Counted from the stretch's first letter, positions 8,034 through 17,582 are shown. The stretch: DNA of 24,312 nt from Candidatus Helarchaeota archaeon (GCA_029838215.1 JALGVI010000046.1:1-24312); one strand, 5' to 3'. The notes: generated from the letters alone by a model not told the origin. Numbers and translations are program-made.

Positions 8034-9137
8034 TTAATACACTCCTGTTGTATACTCTTCTTTTAGTTCTGATATGATATCCACGTTTTGTAAACCGTCC
8101 CATGAAAGAAACTCATCATTACCTTTAACACGAACTGCTTGGTCCCGTTCAATGCACGGAGGGATGAACATTGATTCATCTAAACGCATGAAGCAAACCC
8201 GCCCCATTTCTCCATGCTTGACCTGAGAACCCACGGGATCGTCAAAATCTCCTACCCAACAAATATTTTTTGGTAATTGCGGGAAATATACAATGTCAGT
8301 TTCGGATTTTTGTGGTCTCTGAACTGAGATACCCACTAAAGAGTTTCCATATATACCCAGAAAAGGCTTTTTATAGATTTCTATCAATAGTTCCTGTTGA
8401 TCCGGGCTTATTGAGGTTCCTCCGTGAATGATTCCTTTAAAATCTATATCTTCAATATCAAATTGCTCTACCAGCCTATCCAAGACTACTGATGTCGTTA
8501 TCAGGATGCCGGGATCTTGAGTTTCAAATATTTTTTCATATTGGATTTTTAAAGCTCGTAAATAATCATCCAATACGTCTCTTTTCTCCTTACGAATGAG
8601 GTGCTTGATATAACGCGAGTCCAAATCAATCGTGAAGAAAAATCCTCCACGTAAATATGCCACTTCACGAACTAACGCACCGAATAAATGTGGTCCCGTT
8701 GGTCCGATATACGTGACATTTTCTCCCGTAGGAAATTGATGCTTGTCCATCGACCAACTCAAGAATGATGCCGATTTTTTGAACGAATTCCAATGATTTA
8801 GAATTTTTTTCGGAATGCCTCCACTTCCTCCTGACTCTCCTATCAGGAAATCGCTCTTTTTACAGGAAATATTACCAATTTTCTTTGGCATGAACTGATC
8901 AATTGGGAGTTCACGAAGACAATTTTCATCGAATGGTTCTGAAAATATTGATATTAAATCCTGAATTGAATTTACTTCCTTGATAACATTCACGCCATTA
9001 TTTTCTTGCCATTTTTTCCAGAATGGTGCTCCGAATTCCATGTCAAAATGGATTTTCAAGGTTTTCTCTAAATATACGTCTAGATCAATATTTTCTTCTG
9101 ACCAGGGGAGATGTATGATCTTCTGACTGAAATCCAT
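8034..9137 (-). CDS. EhpF-like truncated ANL-superfamily adenylating enzyme, copy 2
   Basis: HF...GAPFW, ESGGSGGIPK, GPTGPHLFG, FFFTIDLDSRYIK, YGNS, ERDQAVR and terminal GVY match the recalled Pantoea EhpF layout. ATG at 9137 (MDFSQK) is preferred over GTG at 9146 because the paralog starts MDFQRK. Confidence 0.8.
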   Translation of the reverse strand: MDFSQKIIHLPWSEENIDLDVYLEKTLKIHFDMEFGAPFWKKWQENNGVNVIKEVNSIQDLISIFSEPFDENCLRELPIDQFMPKKIGNISCKKSDFLIGESGGSGGIPKKILNHWNSFKKSASFLSWSMDKHQFPTGENVTYIGPTGPHLFGALVREVAYLRGGFFFTIDLDSRYIKHLIRKEKRDVLDDYLRALKIQYEKIFETQDPGILITTSVVLDRLVEQFDIEDIDFKGIIHGGTSISPDQQELLIEIYKKPFLGIYGNSLVGISVQRPQKSETDIVYFPQLPKNICWVGDFDDPVGSQVKHGEMGRVCFMRLDESMFIPPCIERDQAVRVKGNDEFLSWDGLQNVDIISELKEEYTTGVY

Positions 9138-9151
9138 GCGCATCACTCATT

Positions 9152-10165
9152 TTAATTTTGCAATCGTCGAAAGAACTCATCATGTAGATCTTTCACGCGT
9201 TCACGTTCTGCAAATTCAAATTGGTTTGAAAGATTTCTTAATGACGAATAATAAGTTTCCAATTCTTCAGGATTTAAGTCTTGGTTGATTGAATCGATTA
9301 ATTTTCGATAAGTTTGAACGAGTTGAACCACTAAGTTAATTGGCCATTCCCTACCTTGTAACTTAAAAATGTTAATTCCTAATTTCATTAAATACGGGAT
9401 GAGATTCGTGAACGTGTAAACGTGTTCGACTTTCTCCTTCAATTTTGAAATAGTCTTAATTGATAATTTTTGTAATAATCTTGGATCGTCCAAGCAGAGG
9501 CAGGGTTTATAGCATCCCCCGCCTGTACGCGGATCTCCTTTTACGACTATTGTTTTTGAGCCATCACTATCTACGATTTCAACGGGAGTAAAGGTATCCG
9601 AGAAAAGTGTATATAACCTGCAATTACCCGTTCCACCAATGCACCTTGTTCCGTGAACCATTATCTCGGTCTGCAATGGTGGTGAAAAACTCTTGGCGAA
9701 TTCGTGCAATTCACTAATTTCATCGATTGACGTGACCGTTGATCCGAATACAAATCCGCGCATTCCTGCTTTTTGATACTTCTGAATTTTTTTAGTGGAG
9801 TTAATGGACAGACCGATACTACCAATTATTAAGAGTTCGGGATATTGCTCGGATAACAATTTCATTAATTGAAAATTTTTCAAAATAATGCCTTTTAAGC
9901 CAAGACTATAATAATCATCCAATTTCTGCTTCAAGTATTTTGGAATTGAGAGTGTTTCCTCCTTAAAATTTATGTTTAAGGACAAGTATAATGACTTACC
10001 TTGCTCACAAACCGTTATTAAAACACGTTTTAATTCATCATGATTTAAACCGTGTCCAAATTTTTGACTAAGTCCGATTAATCCGGCATAAAGACTATCT
10101 GCACCCGCTTCGATGATCTTGTTCAGATACTTTGCCTTGCCGAGAGGTGCCAATAGTTGGACCAT
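9152..10165 (-). CDS. U32-family Fe-S protein (RlhA/TrhP/UbiU-like putative O2-independent hydroxylase)
   Basis: QLLAPLG, GADSLYAG, EIMVHGTRC-x6-C, GGCYKPC, FKLQGR. ATG at 10165 is preferred over TTG at 10171 (GGTG RBS; paralog starts MVELL). Confidence 0.82.
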   Translation of the reverse strand: MVQLLAPLGKAKYLNKIIEAGADSLYAGLIGLSQKFGHGLNHDELKRVLITVCEQGKSLYLSLNINFKEETLSIPKYLKQKLDDYYSLGLKGIILKNFQLMKLLSEQYPELLIIGSIGLSINSTKKIQKYQKAGMRGFVFGSTVTSIDEISELHEFAKSFSPPLQTEIMVHGTRCIGGTGNCRLYTLFSDTFTPVEIVDSDGSKTIVVKGDPRTGGGCYKPCLCLDDPRLLQKLSIKTISKLKEKVEHVYTFTNLIPYLMKLGINIFKLQGREWPINLVVQLVQTYRKLIDSINQDLNPEELETYYSSLRNLSNQFEFAERERVKDLHDEFFRRLQN

Positions 10166-10193
10166 AAACAAAACACCAAAAAGAAAAAAAAAG

Positions 10194-11210
10194 TTATGAA
10201 GAAGAAGCGACTTCTTCCATCCTTTTTAATAGATTTTGGTGCAGTTTATCGGAGTCTGCCATTCGTTGTTTATCAATCAATTCCGTGAGTCGTGCGATTT
10301 CATCGTAGTGTTGTTGCAAGTTCGTGTTTCCTGCTTTACACTTATCAATGATTTGGCGGTATTCTCCCACGATTTTTGCTATTGTTTCTGCTGGATATTC
10401 ACGTCCTTGGACTTTGATTGCAGCAACCCCTAGTTTTATGACTTCTGGGATGATGGTTGTCCAAGCAAATCGTGCATTTTCCTTGCCCTTGATCTTTTCC
10501 CAAACGTTGTCGGGGAGACGTTCCCGAATTTTCGGGTCATCGAAAAAGAGACACGGGCGATAGCATCCGCCACCTGATTCCGGATTTCCCATGATTTTTG
10601 TCCTTACTTCGCCATCAGTATCTTCAACGGTCACCGGATAAAAGCAATCCTTAAAGAAATTGAACAACCGGCAAGCGCCAACGCCTCCTATACAGGCAGT
10701 TCCGTAGATCAACATTTCTACTTTGATTCCCAGTCTGTCTGCCATTTCCTTGTATGCTTTTATTTGTTCAATTGTTTGAACCTCAGTTCCCGGAACCACG
10801 TATTGTACTCCTGCATCTACATAGTCTTTCAAGACGGTTTCGTTACAAATGGCGGCTCCGACGGAAGCAACTAACGGCATGTTCGGATATTTTTGGTGGA
10901 TCAACTGGATTAAGGCTCTGTTTTTTAGGATTAGACCGAAAACTCCATTTTTTTCGTAATCTTGGATTTTCTTGTCGAGTTTTTCAGGTATGGCCGTGGG
11001 ATCTTCTTCGAAATCGCAGTTTAATGCTACCCACAGTTTTTTTCCCTTGCCTGAAACATACCTTGCGGCTTCAAGCATTTCGTCATGCGTCATTTCGTTA
11101 TGAAGCCGTCGTGAATACCCTAAGGCTCCACAAAAGACCGCATCGGCACCATTTTCAATGACCGCTTTGACCATTTCAAGACTGCCACCCGGTCCTAATA
11201 ATTCTACCAT
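10194..11210 (-). CDS. U32-family Fe-S protein (RlhA/TrhP/UbiU-like putative O2-independent hydroxylase)
   Basis: MVELLGPGG, NGADAVFCG, EMLIYGTAC-x6-C, GGCYRPC, IKVQGR; GAGGTGA RBS. Confidence 0.85.
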   Translation of the reverse strand: MVELLGPGGSLEMVKAVIENGADAVFCGALGYSRRLHNEMTHDEMLEAARYVSGKGKKLWVALNCDFEEDPTAIPEKLDKKIQDYEKNGVFGLILKNRALIQLIHQKYPNMPLVASVGAAICNETVLKDYVDAGVQYVVPGTEVQTIEQIKAYKEMADRLGIKVEMLIYGTACIGGVGACRLFNFFKDCFYPVTVEDTDGEVRTKIMGNPESGGGCYRPCLFFDDPKIRERLPDNVWEKIKGKENARFAWTTIIPEVIKLGVAAIKVQGREYPAETIAKIVGEYRQIIDKCKAGNTNLQQHYDEIARLTELIDKQRMADSDKLHQNLLKRMEEVASSS

Positions 11211-11227
11211 ATTTCTTCACCTCTTTT

Positions 11228-12820
11228 TTATTTTACAATTGCCTCCTCTCTTTTATGTGTCTTTTTTAAGAGTTTCCACTTATGATATGGTTTTGGAGCG
11301 GCAATTTCACCTTTACGGAACCACGTTTTCTTAGCATTACGAACCGCTTTAAACTTGTACAAATGTTCTGCTAGAAAACCCTCATGAGGTTGTGCTGGGT
11401 CGATATCAAACGTGGTTGCTCCTAAATAGACTTTCGAAATTGAGGGTTCTTGTAAGAATTTTCTTAATAGATCATGATCCTCTGATAAAAACGTGAGGGA
11501 GAGAGTTTCCTCACAAGCCTCTACCACGTTTTCATAAGGAATTTCAACAGCTTTTGCAAATTGAAAAGCCAGTTCTATGTTAAAAAGTGGATTCTTATAA
11601 TTTGATAAATAAATTAATGTTGGTCTCAAGAATGTAGCCCCGTCTAATTTCACGATCAAATCATCTTCTCGGACGGGAACGATTTGTCTGTTATTACGAA
11701 TATATGATGTATAATCGATGTCATTCATAGACACGTGTGTTCGAATATAATCTACTGAGAATTCTGCCATCATTGGGTCAATGGCACCGACATCCGAGTG
11801 TGGATGCAGCGGGTCTAAAATATTTGCTTCATTTAGCAAGAGACATAAATCGTCTACGAACTCCATGAAGCCAAATGTCTGACCTTTACCATTTTCTTTC
11901 TTATTCACGAAAACAATGTCAGAAATATTTATGCATCCTCGCCCTGCCATGTCCATTATGGATTTATAGGCGACATCAATACAGAATCCATAATGTTCAT
12001 CGAGAAATTCTCGGTCAATCAAGATTTTCGAATTTCCCGGTCCATAACATTTAATCGTTGGATATTTTCGATAGCGGGCTACGGTATCATAATTTCCAAA
12101 GAACATGCCCAAATCTGCCTTTGTTAAAAAATCATGGACATCTTCGTGTCCTGTTATGAGGTATGATATGGAAAAATCAGGAGCTCCTGCTTCACAGAAA
12201 GCGTTTGCCATTCGTAATGAAGAGAATGGTTCCTTGCGAGAAGGCCTTAAAATTACGGGTATTTTGTACGCAGGAATAAAAAGGGCAACGATTGGGACTG
12301 TCGGATGGTTACTCGGGAGGATTACGCCAACATTCTTTCCTCTGGGTGCAAAAACATATTTTGTTCCTGCACGCTCTCCTATAAACGTGTCATAAATGCT
12401 CGCATCACCCGTAGGCGATCCCGCTTCCAATATTCTAAAAATATTATTTCTCTGGAAGCATTTTTGAACCAATTCTATGGATTCTGACACGCTTTTAACA
12501 GGAAGCCCTGTTGAGATACTCAAGAGATGGGCGAATTCACGTCTATTTAAAGAAATATCGGGAGAAATTGGAACACGTCTCTTATAGACCTTGCTCGTTT
12601 CGTGGTACAGCTCTATTACTTCCAAGACATCCATTTTTTGAAGAGCTTCAAATCCAATCGTGCGTGATTTCTTACGCGTGATTGCGATTTTCGTGCTTGG
12701 AGCCACACAGAGCTCGCATAGGTGATTGCCACGAAAATCCTTGATGCTCATGGTCTTCTGCGAATAATATGCTTCTCCGCCATAAACCAGCGGTATTGTT
12801 CCTAAATCTTCCGTCTCCAT
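11228..12820 (-). CDS. aldehyde dehydrogenase-fold acyl reductase (EhpG/LuxC-like), copy A with catalytic-position Cys
   Basis: VILPSNHP, LRPSRKEPF, FFGNYDTV, YGPGNSKILI, GRGCINIS, IELAFQF, DPAQPHEGFLAEHLY; GAGGCGA RBS. Confidence 0.8.
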   Translation of the reverse strand: METEDLGTIPLVYGGEAYYSQKTMSIKDFRGNHLCELCVAPSTKIAITRKKSRTIGFEALQKMDVLEVIELYHETSKVYKRRVPISPDISLNRREFAHLLSISTGLPVKSVSESIELVQKCFQRNNIFRILEAGSPTGDASIYDTFIGERAGTKYVFAPRGKNVGVILPSNHPTVPIVALFIPAYKIPVILRPSRKEPFSSLRMANAFCEAGAPDFSISYLITGHEDVHDFLTKADLGMFFGNYDTVARYRKYPTIKCYGPGNSKILIDREFLDEHYGFCIDVAYKSIMDMAGRGCINISDIVFVNKKENGKGQTFGFMEFVDDLCLLLNEANILDPLHPHSDVGAIDPMMAEFSVDYIRTHVSMNDIDYTSYIRNNRQIVPVREDDLIVKLDGATFLRPTLIYLSNYKNPLFNIELAFQFAKAVEIPYENVVEACEETLSLTFLSEDHDLLRKFLQEPSISKVYLGATTFDIDPAQPHEGFLAEHLYKFKAVRNAKKTWFRKGEIAAPKPYHKWKLLKKTHKREEAIVK

Positions 12821-12832
12821 TCGCCTCTTTTA

Positions 12833-14440
12833 TTATCTAACAATGGCTTCTTCTCTTTTATGGGTCTTTTTCAGTAACCTCCATTTATGAAACTCTTTAG
12901 ATTTGGCAACTTCTCCAAAATCTGCCCACTTTCGTTCAATATTTCGGGTGGCTTTGAATTGGTATAAATGTTCCGTAAAAAAGCCCTCATGTGGTTGCGC
13001 AGGATCAATGCTAATGGTAGATAGTCCCAAATAATATTTATCAATTGACGATTCTTGGAAAAGTTTTCGTAATAATTCGTGATCATCTGATAAATAAGTC
13101 AAATTTAACGTGTTAATACAGGCCTCAACAATATCTGCATAAGGAACTTCGGTAGCCTTGCAAAATTGGAATTCCATTTCCATTCCATATAGTGGATTCT
13201 TATGACTTGATAGAATTATCAGGGAAGGTCTCAAGAACGTGATTCCATCAACATTAACGATTAGATCATTCTCCTTGAATGGTATTTTTCTCCTTCCATT
13301 TCGAATGAAAGCCGCATAATCTAGGTCCTTGTCCGTGATATTTCTTCTAATATCATTAATAAAGGATTGAGCTTTATTCGGTGGAACTGCTCCAACGTCA
13401 GCTCTTGGATGAAGCGGGTCGAGAATATTTGCTTCATTCAACATCAGACAAAGGTCGTCTATAAATTCCATGAAGCTGAAAGTCTTTTGGGTGGGAGAAC
13501 TTTTTCTATTCACGAAAATTATATCCGAGCAATTAATGCCCCCACGACCTGAGGCATTCATTATGGATTTGTACGTTATGTCAATGCAAAATCCGTAATG
13601 CTCGTCGAGAAATTCCCTGTCAATCAGAATTTTGGAATAGCACGGGCCGTAAACTTTAACCGATGGAATTTGTCTATAGGGACCAACGGTCTTCTCGCCT
13701 CCGAAAATCATTCCCAAATCTGGTTTTGTCACGAAGTCATACACCAAATCATGTCCCGTGGCAAAATATGAAACTGAGAACTCGGGAATTCCCGCTTCAC
13801 AAAGAGCATTTACCATTCGGAGTGAAGCAAATGGGTCTTTTCTGGATGGGCGGAAAAGAATGGGTATTTTATGAGCAGGAACAAACATTGGGATGATTGG
13901 AACTGTCGGGTGATTGCTTGGAAGAACCACTCCGAGATTCTTTCCGCGTGGTGCAAATGCATAATCAACACCTCCTCTAATCCCCACGTATTTGTCATAT
14001 ATGTTAATATCACCTGTGGGTGAACCTGCTTCAAGGATTCGAATGATCATGTTTCTTTGTAGGGAATGCTGAACCAAATTTACGGATCCCATTATATATC
14101 GAATTGGAATTCCCGTTGTAAGAGATAATAAATGTCCGAATTCCTTCATGTTTAGGGAAATATCTGGTGAGATGGGTACCCTACGTTTGTAGATCTTGCT
14201 TGCTTCATGGTATAGTTCTATTACGTCTAGGACGTCCATGTCCTGAAGTAGTGGGTATCCAATTTTTCGTGATTTTTTCCTTGCAAGAGCTATTTTCGTG
14301 CTAGGTGCGATGCACAAGTTGCAAAGATGGTTCCCCCTAAAATCCTTGATGGAGATAGTTTTATCTGAATAATAGGGTTCTCCACCATGAACCAATGGAA
14401 TTGTCCCTAAGTCGTATTTTGGAATCGTAGCATACCTCAC
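12833..14440 (-). CDS. aldehyde dehydrogenase-fold acyl reductase (EhpG/LuxC-like), copy B with Gly at the catalytic-Cys position
   Basis: Tandem paralog of 11228-12820 (34/40 identical over the first aligned 40 residues); motif reads GRGGINCS; GTG start abuts the upstream TGA. Confidence 0.8.
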   Translation of the reverse strand: MRYATIPKYDLGTIPLVHGGEPYYSDKTISIKDFRGNHLCNLCIAPSTKIALARKKSRKIGYPLLQDMDVLDVIELYHEASKIYKRRVPISPDISLNMKEFGHLLSLTTGIPIRYIMGSVNLVQHSLQRNMIIRILEAGSPTGDINIYDKYVGIRGGVDYAFAPRGKNLGVVLPSNHPTVPIIPMFVPAHKIPILFRPSRKDPFASLRMVNALCEAGIPEFSVSYFATGHDLVYDFVTKPDLGMIFGGEKTVGPYRQIPSVKVYGPCYSKILIDREFLDEHYGFCIDITYKSIMNASGRGGINCSDIIFVNRKSSPTQKTFSFMEFIDDLCLMLNEANILDPLHPRADVGAVPPNKAQSFINDIRRNITDKDLDYAAFIRNGRRKIPFKENDLIVNVDGITFLRPSLIILSSHKNPLYGMEMEFQFCKATEVPYADIVEACINTLNLTYLSDDHELLRKLFQESSIDKYYLGLSTISIDPAQPHEGFFTEHLYQFKATRNIERKWADFGEVAKSKEFHKWRLLKKTHKREEAIVR

Positions 14441-15733
14441 TCATAATAACTTTATGATTTCATCTTGTACATTTTCTTTTCTCTTGAATCCACCCTCGGG
14501 TATCACGCCATCTTTTTTATATAATCTACGTAATTTATAGCCGATTGGAACGGGATTTATCATTAATTTTAAGCTTTCGTATGGGCTCATCCGCTTGATC
14601 TTAACCAACTCATAATTTTTTGATCCCAATGATATTTTTTCTCCTGCGTTTATCTGAAGATTTTGAGTTGTTCCCATGAAAGCTCCTTTGGCCGTAAATA
14701 TTCCCTGTTTTCCCATGGTTTGCCCAATCAAATCAAGACACGCCTTATCTATGGCAACAGGATCATGAGATGCAAAAATTCCGATATCAGAACAAAGCGG
14801 TTCGTCAGAATAGCAAAGGTCATCTCCATCAGGCGTGATGTCAATTGCAAAATTGATATAGCAGAACTTTTCAGGACCTACAAGTTCGGTAACTGCAAGA
14901 GCAGAATCCGCGATTGCAACCGTATAAGCGTTAAAGAAATCATCTTGATTTGGGTCTGCAAAAACACCACACTCTGCCATTGTTGGTAAATGGCATAAAC
15001 AACCCTTACATTTTTCTTTTTCCCAGATTAATCCATCGTAATTAATGTGAATTGCATTTTCTGGGCATATATCATCGCAAATCCGAGAATTAGGGCAGGC
15101 AATTCCCTTGCATCTTTCAGGATAATATTGAAAACTATCTAACTTGTATTGTGGATGACCGACCATTCCAATGTTATATTTTCCACGTTTTGAGACGCAT
15201 CCAACGCCCAAGTTTTCAATGGCACCCATGAATGCCGACATTGGATGTCCATTGAAGTGGCTGAGAACTATTACCATGTCTGCTTCGGCAATACTTGTTG
15301 CAACATATTGTTCTTGTAGGATGATTCCTCCTGGTAAGTCCACGTGCACGTCATCTGTCCCTAAAAATCCATCTCCAATGATGACGGGACAACCCATTGT
15401 TGCCGAAGAAAAACCATTTCGTTCAAGCGTTTTAAGGTATTCGATGGATGTTGCACGTGAGGCGAAGGCATGATAAGGCAAGGTCGTTGTATCTACGATG
15501 TATGGGATTCCTCCTAATTGTCTAACCATGTCGACAATAGTTCGAACAAAAACTGGTCTTAAATAAGCCGTATTGTTCCATTCGGCACCTGGAATTTTTA
15601 TTGCGACATAATGATTTGGTTCGATGACCTTGTCGAACTTCGCTTTTTTGAATAGCGTTGCCATTTTAATGACGAGGCTTTTTGTGAGTTTATCTGCCTC
15701 AAGATCCATGTAATATACTTCTGATTCGTTCAA
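14441..15733 (-). CDS. DUF362/COG2768-like Fe-S protein with inserted ferredoxin-like domain
   Basis: VAIK..., TAYLRP.FVR, DTTTL, IIGDG, VLSHFNGH, GAIENLGVGC, CP..AI...CKGC, DIGIFASHDPVAIDKAC; TTG start with GAGGT RBS. Confidence 0.8.
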   Translation of the reverse strand: MNESEVYYMDLEADKLTKSLVIKMATLFKKAKFDKVIEPNHYVAIKIPGAEWNNTAYLRPVFVRTIVDMVRQLGGIPYIVDTTTLPYHAFASRATSIEYLKTLERNGFSSATMGCPVIIGDGFLGTDDVHVDLPGGIILQEQYVATSIAEADMVIVLSHFNGHPMSAFMGAIENLGVGCVSKRGKYNIGMVGHPQYKLDSFQYYPERCKGIACPNSRICDDICPENAIHINYDGLIWEKEKCKGCLCHLPTMAECGVFADPNQDDFFNAYTVAIADSALAVTELVGPEKFCYINFAIDITPDGDDLCYSDEPLCSDIGIFASHDPVAIDKACLDLIGQTMGKQGIFTAKGAFMGTTQNLQINAGEKISLGSKNYELVKIKRMSPYESLKLMINPVPIGYKLRRLYKKDGVIPEGGFKRKENVQDEIIKLL

Positions 15734-15754
15734 GATTTATTTACCTCAACATTT

Positions 15755-16357
15755 TCAATTGAGAAGAATCATTCCCACCCATGTTAATTCATTTTTAGGG
15801 GGGATTTCAATCTCAACGCCTATTTTTTTTAGCGTATCTATTACGTTAATTCCCATTGCTTCCATTGAAGCTCTTGCTTCTTTCGGATGCCTGCATTTTC
15901 CTGCTTTATTACAATTTAAAATTCCGCACTGGATGCAGGGTCCGCATTGATAGCAACGAGATCGATTAAGATCCATTTCATTTCGTGCCTTCGACTCTAA
16001 TTCGTGAATGATTCTCAACTGTCGCTTTGATAATGTTAGAGCGACACCCATTTTTTGAGAAGGTTCGTCATCATCATACATGTCAAGTGCCGGTTCTTTA
16101 ACTATAACAATAAGGGCACCTTTTGACTTTTCTAAAAGAGTCCTAAATTGCGGTAATGAAGGCGTGTGTGGAGGACAATGATGATAACTGTGAAATTCAC
16201 ATCCACTATAACATTTTAATCGTGTTCTCGCATCCAATATGATTTCTTTCGGATCAATTTCGAGAGCCTGAACTGCTCCGATTTTTAAGGCGTGTTTTTT
16301 TAATGCCTCTATTTTTTCCTTGATGTCTATTTCTTTTTCTAATTGCTGTTTTGCCAT
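15755..16357 (-). CDS. DUF2284 Cys-rich metal-binding protein
   Basis: RLKC..GC...HCPP, GPCIQC...C....CRHP..ARASMEAMGINV; GGAGG RBS. Confidence 0.82.
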   Translation of the reverse strand: MAKQQLEKEIDIKEKIEALKKHALKIGAVQALEIDPKEIILDARTRLKCYSGCEFHSYHHCPPHTPSLPQFRTLLEKSKGALIVIVKEPALDMYDDDEPSQKMGVALTLSKRQLRIIHELESKARNEMDLNRSRCYQCGPCIQCGILNCNKAGKCRHPKEARASMEAMGINVIDTLKKIGVEIEIPPKNELTWVGMILLN

Positions 16358-16373
16358 CGCATTCTCCTCCGTC

Positions 16374-17570
16374 TTAATTTAAGAGAATTATGGAAAATAC
16401 ATTCACGTTATTCTCCTCGTCGAAATCAAAGTTCAATTTTTCAAGAGTTTTTTTCAAGTCAACTCCCATGCCCTTCCAAGGTTGGCGGGCTTTAGCACGA
16501 TTCCGGCAGTCTCCCGTGCTATTGCAATTGCCGACTCCACACATGTAACAAGGGCAGTCCATTAACGTGTGAGCATAAAAGTTTTTCATCATGTATGCTT
16601 CTTTTTCGATGGTTAAAGAGACGCGTCTTAATTTTTCCAATGCAAATAATCGAGTGCTTTCCTCATCAGCATTTCCTTTTGGAACTTCTAAATGTAGCAA
16701 TAACACGTTCGTATAATTGTTTAAAGCCTCAACAAATTCATCTTCTGGGATGTTATTGGGTGGACACATGTGATAACTCTTATCTTGACACCCTTCTGTT
16801 TCACATTTCTTCCGGAGCCCGCTATCGTAGATTAATTTATTTCTGGGTAAGATTCTTGCATTGGAAATTCCAAGTCCTTTGGCAATTCTCATTAACTCTT
16901 CAAAATCATTTTGGTCTTTGGCAGAGAGCGGCGGTAAATATGGTCCTTCCAAATCATCCTGTTCGATTATATCGAGAGGTCCTTGTTCTTCCACTGCATA
17001 GGATGAAAATAAATACTCGGGAGAGAATTTTTCAAAGACCCACACGCATTCTCTATCGCGAACGTGTTTCTGCCATATTTCCCACATTGAAGATATGTAC
17101 TTGGCTGTCCAACCGGGAGCTATAATTTTTAACCAACTCCGGATTATCCCCAAGAATGCGCAACACATGCGCTGATTGCCCCACTCTTCTTTCCGATTCG
17201 CAAGAGGACAGAAATTGAAGGATACATGAATTTTTCCTTTCTTTTCTTCAATTTTTGGCATCATGTGCAAGTCAGGGAGGAATTTCTCCAGAAGCATTTT
17301 TATCCCATCGGGACCACGTTTAGATATACCCATGGCTTCCAGTTCTTCTGCGGCTCCAATACTCGTCCATATTTCGAATGCTTTTTCAAATTCGGCGGAT
17401 GTTGGTTCCTTTTTCCCAACAAACATTTTCAAGGTAACACGGAAATATTCATTTATGTCGTCAATATCTTCTTCAAATTTAGTCCTATAATCTATCGTAT
17501 AGGCTTTTTTCCGTTTGTACTTCTGCTCCGGTTCAAACCGTTGAAGTAAAGGCCCTATTTCATCAGTCAT
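16374..17570 (-). CDS. fusion of a V4R/ATC-hydrolase-like Cys domain (N-terminal) and DUF2284 (C-terminal)
   Basis: N-terminal FCPL...MCC...G.I......IAP...ECVWVF; C-terminal KKC...GC...HMCPP and CPCYMC...C....CRN..AR...GMGVDL. ATG at 17570 is preferred (GGTGA 8 nt upstream); the ORF track uses GTG at 17582. Confidence 0.7.
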   Translation of the reverse strand: MTDEIGPLLQRFEPEQKYKRKKAYTIDYRTKFEEDIDDINEYFRVTLKMFVGKKEPTSAEFEKAFEIWTSIGAAEELEAMGISKRGPDGIKMLLEKFLPDLHMMPKIEEKKGKIHVSFNFCPLANRKEEWGNQRMCCAFLGIIRSWLKIIAPGWTAKYISSMWEIWQKHVRDRECVWVFEKFSPEYLFSSYAVEEQGPLDIIEQDDLEGPYLPPLSAKDQNDFEELMRIAKGLGISNARILPRNKLIYDSGLRKKCETEGCQDKSYHMCPPNNIPEDEFVEALNNYTNVLLLHLEVPKGNADEESTRLFALEKLRRVSLTIEKEAYMMKNFYAHTLMDCPCYMCGVGNCNSTGDCRNRAKARQPWKGMGVDLKKTLEKLNFDFDEENNVNVFSIILLN

Positions 17571-17582
17571 GTTTGAATTCAC

